From the NCBI GenBank assembly GCA_948435375.1, contig CAOJGQ010000001.1:34949-98948 (forward strand): DNA of 64,000 nt, in the 5' to 3' direction. The notes beneath the pieces were generated by a model that worked only from the letters and a program-made list of their open reading frames with translations, had not been told where the DNA came from and made no database searches. Shown one piece after another: positions 60,948 through 64,000 of this stretch (within the stretch, counting starts at the first letter, position 1; the number at the start of each line of letters is the position of its first letter). Made by a program: the position numbers and the translations under genes. The DNA is from an uncultured Candidatus Saccharibacteria bacterium (GTDB lineage Bacteria > Patescibacteriota > Saccharimonadia > Saccharimonadales > Saccharimonadaceae).

Positions 60948-62171
60948 ATGAAAGAAACTTTTATTATTGCCCGATTCACTATGCGCGATATGCTAAGTCG
61001 CAAATCTTTCCGCATTTCTACCTTAATCATTCTCGTATTGATTGTTTTAGGCTTCAATGTCCCGAATCTTTTACAAACCTTTGCCGGCGATAATCTTGAC
61101 GATAAAGTTCTCATAGCCGACCCAGACGAAATTTACGGACAACATCTCGATCAGTTGAATGAAACTTGCCCAAATTGTGACGAAATGATTATCTCGCACG
61201 ATAATGCCGACATCGCTAAACAAAAAATTATCGACGGTGAAGTCAGCTCAGCCATCATTGTTCAAGAACAAGATAATACCCTCGAGTTTAATTACCTTGT
61301 TAAAAATGCCGCTACTGCTGCTCAGCCACCCCAAGACATCATAAGCACTCTCGAAAAAGTCTACCAAACCGCTGCCATCGAAAAACTTAATCTTACACCC
61401 AAAGAGCTCGCGTCTATTTCGCCCACCATCAATATTACCGTTTCTCAAACCGACGAAACCGAAATCAGCGGCAACGTTTTTGTCATGATGATGCTTTCAA
61501 TCATTCTTTTCTATGCGATTTATTTCTGTGCTTTCCAAGTTTCCAGTTCTATCACTACCGAAAAAACTTCTAAGATTGTTGAAACTCTCGTCACTTCCAC
61601 CAGCCCAACCAACATCGTGCTTGGCAAAACCATCGGCATCGGCATCGTCGGCTTGCTACAAATGGTCCTTTTTGTTGCAACTGCCTTGATCAGCGCCCAT
61701 ACTTTTCTTGATTCGACAATGCTCAACCAAATCATCGATCTCTCGAAACTTACCCTCTTCCTAGGCATTATTACCGCCCTCTATTTCATCCTCGGCTATT
61801 TTGCCTATGCCCTGCTTTACGCCCTCACCGGCTCTACCGTTGGTAAACCCGAAGACGTTCAATCCGCCAACACGCCAGTTGCTCTACTTGGTGTTATCAG
61901 CTTCTATTTTGCCTACTTCACGCTTACAGACCCCACTAGCAGCCTCAACCTTTTCGCTGCCATTTTTCCGTTTTCTTCACCCTTCTGTATGCCACTCCGT
62001 ATCATGATGGGGCTCGCTACACCACTCGAAGTTTTTGGCTCCATCACCATTCTTATTATTACGATCCTGATCGTCGCTTACATTGCAATTCGCATTTATT
62101 CCAACGCCATTTTGCATTATGGTACTAAACCAACTTGGAAAGAAATTTTCCAAAATTTCCGTACTAAATAA
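60948..62171 (+). CDS. ABC-2 type transporter permease (NatB-like)
   Basis: 407 aa. It has an N-terminal TM helix, a large extracytoplasmic domain and five C-terminal TM helices. It is adjacent to the ATPase. Confidence 0.8.
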   Translation: MKETFIIARFTMRDMLSRKSFRISTLIILVLIVLGFNVPNLLQTFAGDNLDDKVLIADPDEIYGQHLDQLNETCPNCDEMIISHDNADIAKQKIIDGEVSSAIIVQEQDNTLEFNYLVKNAATAAQPPQDIISTLEKVYQTAAIEKLNLTPKELASISPTINITVSQTDETEISGNVFVMMMLSIILFYAIYFCAFQVSSSITTEKTSKIVETLVTSTSPTNIVLGKTIGIGIVGLLQMVLFVATALISAHTFLDSTMLNQIIDLSKLTLFLGIITALYFILGYFAYALLYALTGSTVGKPEDVQSANTPVALLGVISFYFAYFTLTDPTSSLNLFAAIFPFSSPFCMPLRIMMGLATPLEVFGSITILIITILIVAYIAIRIYSNAILHYGTKPTWKEIFQNFRTK

Positions 62172-62890
62172 TGTCATCCAACTTCAACTGCCCCAATCAA
62201 CCCATGACCCCAAAGCTTCTACGCGAAACTTTGGAAAACTTAGCTGAATCAACCTATCGTGATTTTCATCTCCGCACTTGTCCAGAAGCTCAGCACCTGC
62301 TTGGCGTGCGCGTTCCAACTCAGCGCAAACTTGCCAAAGAAATTATCAAAACTGATAATTATTGGCAATATCTCGACGGTTTCGAACCTTATTATTACGA
62401 ATAAGTGATGATTCTCGGCTTAATCATCGCCACTGCACCAATGAATTTAGATGACCGCCTAAACTATGCTGCTTGGTTTTTACCCTACATTAACAACTGG
62501 GCAATTTGTGATACTTTTTGTAACAGTTTCAAAATTTCCGATCATGATTTAGATACTTATTGGCAATTTCTCATGCAATTTACTAATAGTTCCGAAGAAT
62601 ATGTTTTGCGCTCTATTATCGTCATGATACTCGATCATTTCATTCGCATTGAATATCTCGCGCATATTTTCGCCCTACTTGATAGCCTCACCAGTCGCGC
62701 TCATTATGTCGAAATGGCCGAAGCTTGGCTCATCGCCGAAATCTTCACTCAGTTTCCAAATCAGGTTTTTGATTATCTCACACATGATCAGCTTTCAACT
62801 TTCGCCCACAACAAAGCCATCCAGAAAGCATGCGAATCGCGCCGCATTTCCGACGAAGATAAAGCCCACCTACGCGCCTTAAAATTGTAA
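62171..62890 (+). pseudogene. DNA alkylation repair (AlkD-like HEAT-repeat) gene interrupted by one in-frame TAA
   Basis: ORFs 62171..62404 and 62405..62890 are in the same frame and are separated only by TAA at 62402-62404 (YYYE * VMILGL). Together they give about 238 aa, the normal size for the family. The motif NNWAICDTFC lies in the second part. Confidence 0.65.
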
Positions 62891-62979
62891 ACATTTCAAT
62901 CACAATCACGAGCATGACCACAATTGCCATCAATCTTTCATGTTGCTAAACTCACCGTGTTTTGCGCTACAATTATCTC

Positions 62980-63243
62980 ATGAACAAACTCATTATTCAT
63001 GGCATTTATAGGCACTACAAGGGTGATCTTTATCTCGTTGAAGATGTTGCTACTCATAGCGAAACTGGTGAAGAGTTAGTAATTTATCGCGGACTTTATC
63101 ACGGTGACAAATTTGGTCAATTTCATCTTTGCGCCCGCCCTAAAGCCATGTTCCTCGAAGCCCTAGATCCCGCCAAAGCAAAAAAATTCGGTCAAAAATA
63201 TCGTTTTGAGTTGCAAGAAATCAAAAGCCAAGTCGAGCGCTAA
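62980..63243 (+). CDS. DUF1653 domain protein
   Basis: HGIYRHYKGDLYLVEDVATHSETGEELVIYRGLY is the DUF1653 signature. ATG 62980 lies 6 nt after TACAAT (62968-62973). Confidence 0.75.
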   Translation: MNKLIIHGIYRHYKGDLYLVEDVATHSETGEELVIYRGLYHGDKFGQFHLCARPKAMFLEALDPAKAKKFGQKYRFELQEIKSQVER

Positions 63244-63310
63244 CATCTTCCAAAAACTATCAAATTGAATACCAACCAAACCGCCCCAACTATCGTATAA
63301 TCATAACAAT

Positions 63311-64000
63311 ATGACAAAGACTTTCGCCGCCATCGATCTCAAGTCCTTCTACGCTTCTGTGGAATGCAATGAACGCGGGCGCGACCCGCTAACTACTCAT
63401 CTTGTGGTTGCGGACGAGTCGCGCACCGACAAAACCATTTGTCTTGCTATCTCACCTTCGCTCAAGGCCTACGGCCTACCGGGTCGCGCCCGGCTTTTTG
63501 AAGTCAACCAAGCCGTGAAAAAGATTAATTACGAGCGTCTTCAGCGCGCTCCGCTCAGCGTTTTCCTGGGCAAATCTACCGACGCCACCGAACTCGCCAA
63601 AAACCCCAATCTTGCACTTGACTTCATTATTGCTACTCCACGTATGCAATATTATCTCGATTATAGCGCCCGGATTTATAATATTTATCTCCAGCATCTC
63701 GCGCCAAACGACATTTTTGCTTATTCAATCGATGAAGTCTTCTGTGAGCTCACTAGCTATCTCACGCACCAAAATCTCACACCCGAAGATTTTGTTAGCC
63801 GGATGATTAGCGACGTTTATCACCAAACTAATATCACTGCCACTGCCGGCATCGGTGATAATCTTTTTCTCGCCAAAGTCGCCATGGATATTCTAGCTAA
63901 ACACGCCGAGCCAAATTCTGCTGGCGTGCGTATCGCCACCCTAAACGAACAAACTTTTCGCACCCAGCTTTGGCACCACACGCCAATCACCGACTTTTGG
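63311..64000 (+). CDS. Y-family DNA polymerase (ImpB/DinB/UmuC-type), 3'-truncated by the window edge
   Basis: This ORF is not in the supplied track because it has no stop in the window. My own translation from ATG 63311 is MTKTFAAIDLKSFYASVECNERGRDPL...YSIDEVFCELT...TATAGIGDNLFLAKVAMD. TATAAT at 63296-63301 lies 9 nt upstream. Confidence 0.85.
   Translation, partial: MTKTFAAIDLKSFYASVECNERGRDPLTTHLVVADESRTDKTICLAISPSLKAYGLPGRARLFEVNQAVKKINYERLQRAPLSVFLGKSTDATELAKNPNLALDFIIATPRMQYYLDYSARIYNIYLQHLAPNDIFAYSIDEVFCELTSYLTHQNLTPEDFVSRMISDVYHQTNITATAGIGDNLFLAKVAMDILAKHAEPNSAGVRIATLNEQTFRTQLWHHTPITDFW

Overview
The window reads as a gene-dense chromosomal segment from a small-genome, monoderm-type bacterium. 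It has sortases, an LCP protein, LPXTG-like or NPXTX-like sorting signals and no outer-membrane genes. It also has Firmicutes-like hpf-secA-prfB-ftsEX-ctp synteny. My guess is a Saccharibacteria/CPR-like lineage, but that is inference only; no database search was possible.

Content, in order:
- Start of window: the tail of the ribosomal/rpoA cluster (rpoA-rplQ-rplM-rpsI), recR and a VanZ-like gene.
- 3.5-12.8 kb: an AT-rich Wzx/Wzy-type surface-polysaccharide locus. It holds a priming sugar transferase, a GT2-GT4 fusion, a GT4, a flippase, ugd, a polymerase-like membrane protein and LCP.
- 12.9-22.1 kb: a cell-envelope and accessory block. It holds a sortase, a class-A beta-lactamase-like hydrolase, a CAP-domain protein, a 7TM sensor-like protein, a methyltransferase-like ORF, a 755-aa putative adhesin and a NERD protein.
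- 22.2-32.8 kb: tRNA-Gln, then a secE-nusG-rplK-rplA-rplJ-rplL cluster that is interrupted three times by accessory genes.
- 32.9-57.9 kb: housekeeping genes, namely an HD hydrolase, dnaX, dnaB, ybaB, hpf, secA, an M16 peptidase, murD, prfB, ftsEX, a coiled-coil CHAP hydrolase, ctpA, a glutaredoxin-like protein, two GT4 genes, smpB, xth and metK.
- 58-64 kb: a GntR regulator plus two ABC systems, an AlkD-like pseudogene, a DUF1653 gene and a partial Y-family polymerase.

Most second-look-worthy items:
1. An orphan consensus promoter fires into a ~190-nt ORF-less, rod-like inverted repeat downstream of dnaB. This is a candidate structured ncRNA.
2. A ~45-nt promoter-plus-leader module occurs three times. 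One copy points antisense into the 3' end of smpB.
3. An 850-bp ORF-poor region between nusG and rplK holds a 24-bp perfect inverted repeat. That repeat bounds two convergent paralogous mini-ORFs and is followed by a ~240-nt imperfect palindrome.
4. A class-B-like sortase sits next to a CxxC (thioredoxin-like) surface protein that carries an NPNTL sorting signal.
5. First genes of transcription units are pervasively leaderless.
6. Three genes have lesions or anomalies: an in-frame stop, a homopolymer frameshift and a missing canonical start.

No CRISPR array, rRNA, transposase or recognisable defence operon was seen. All functional calls rest on motifs recognised by eye in the supplied translations.
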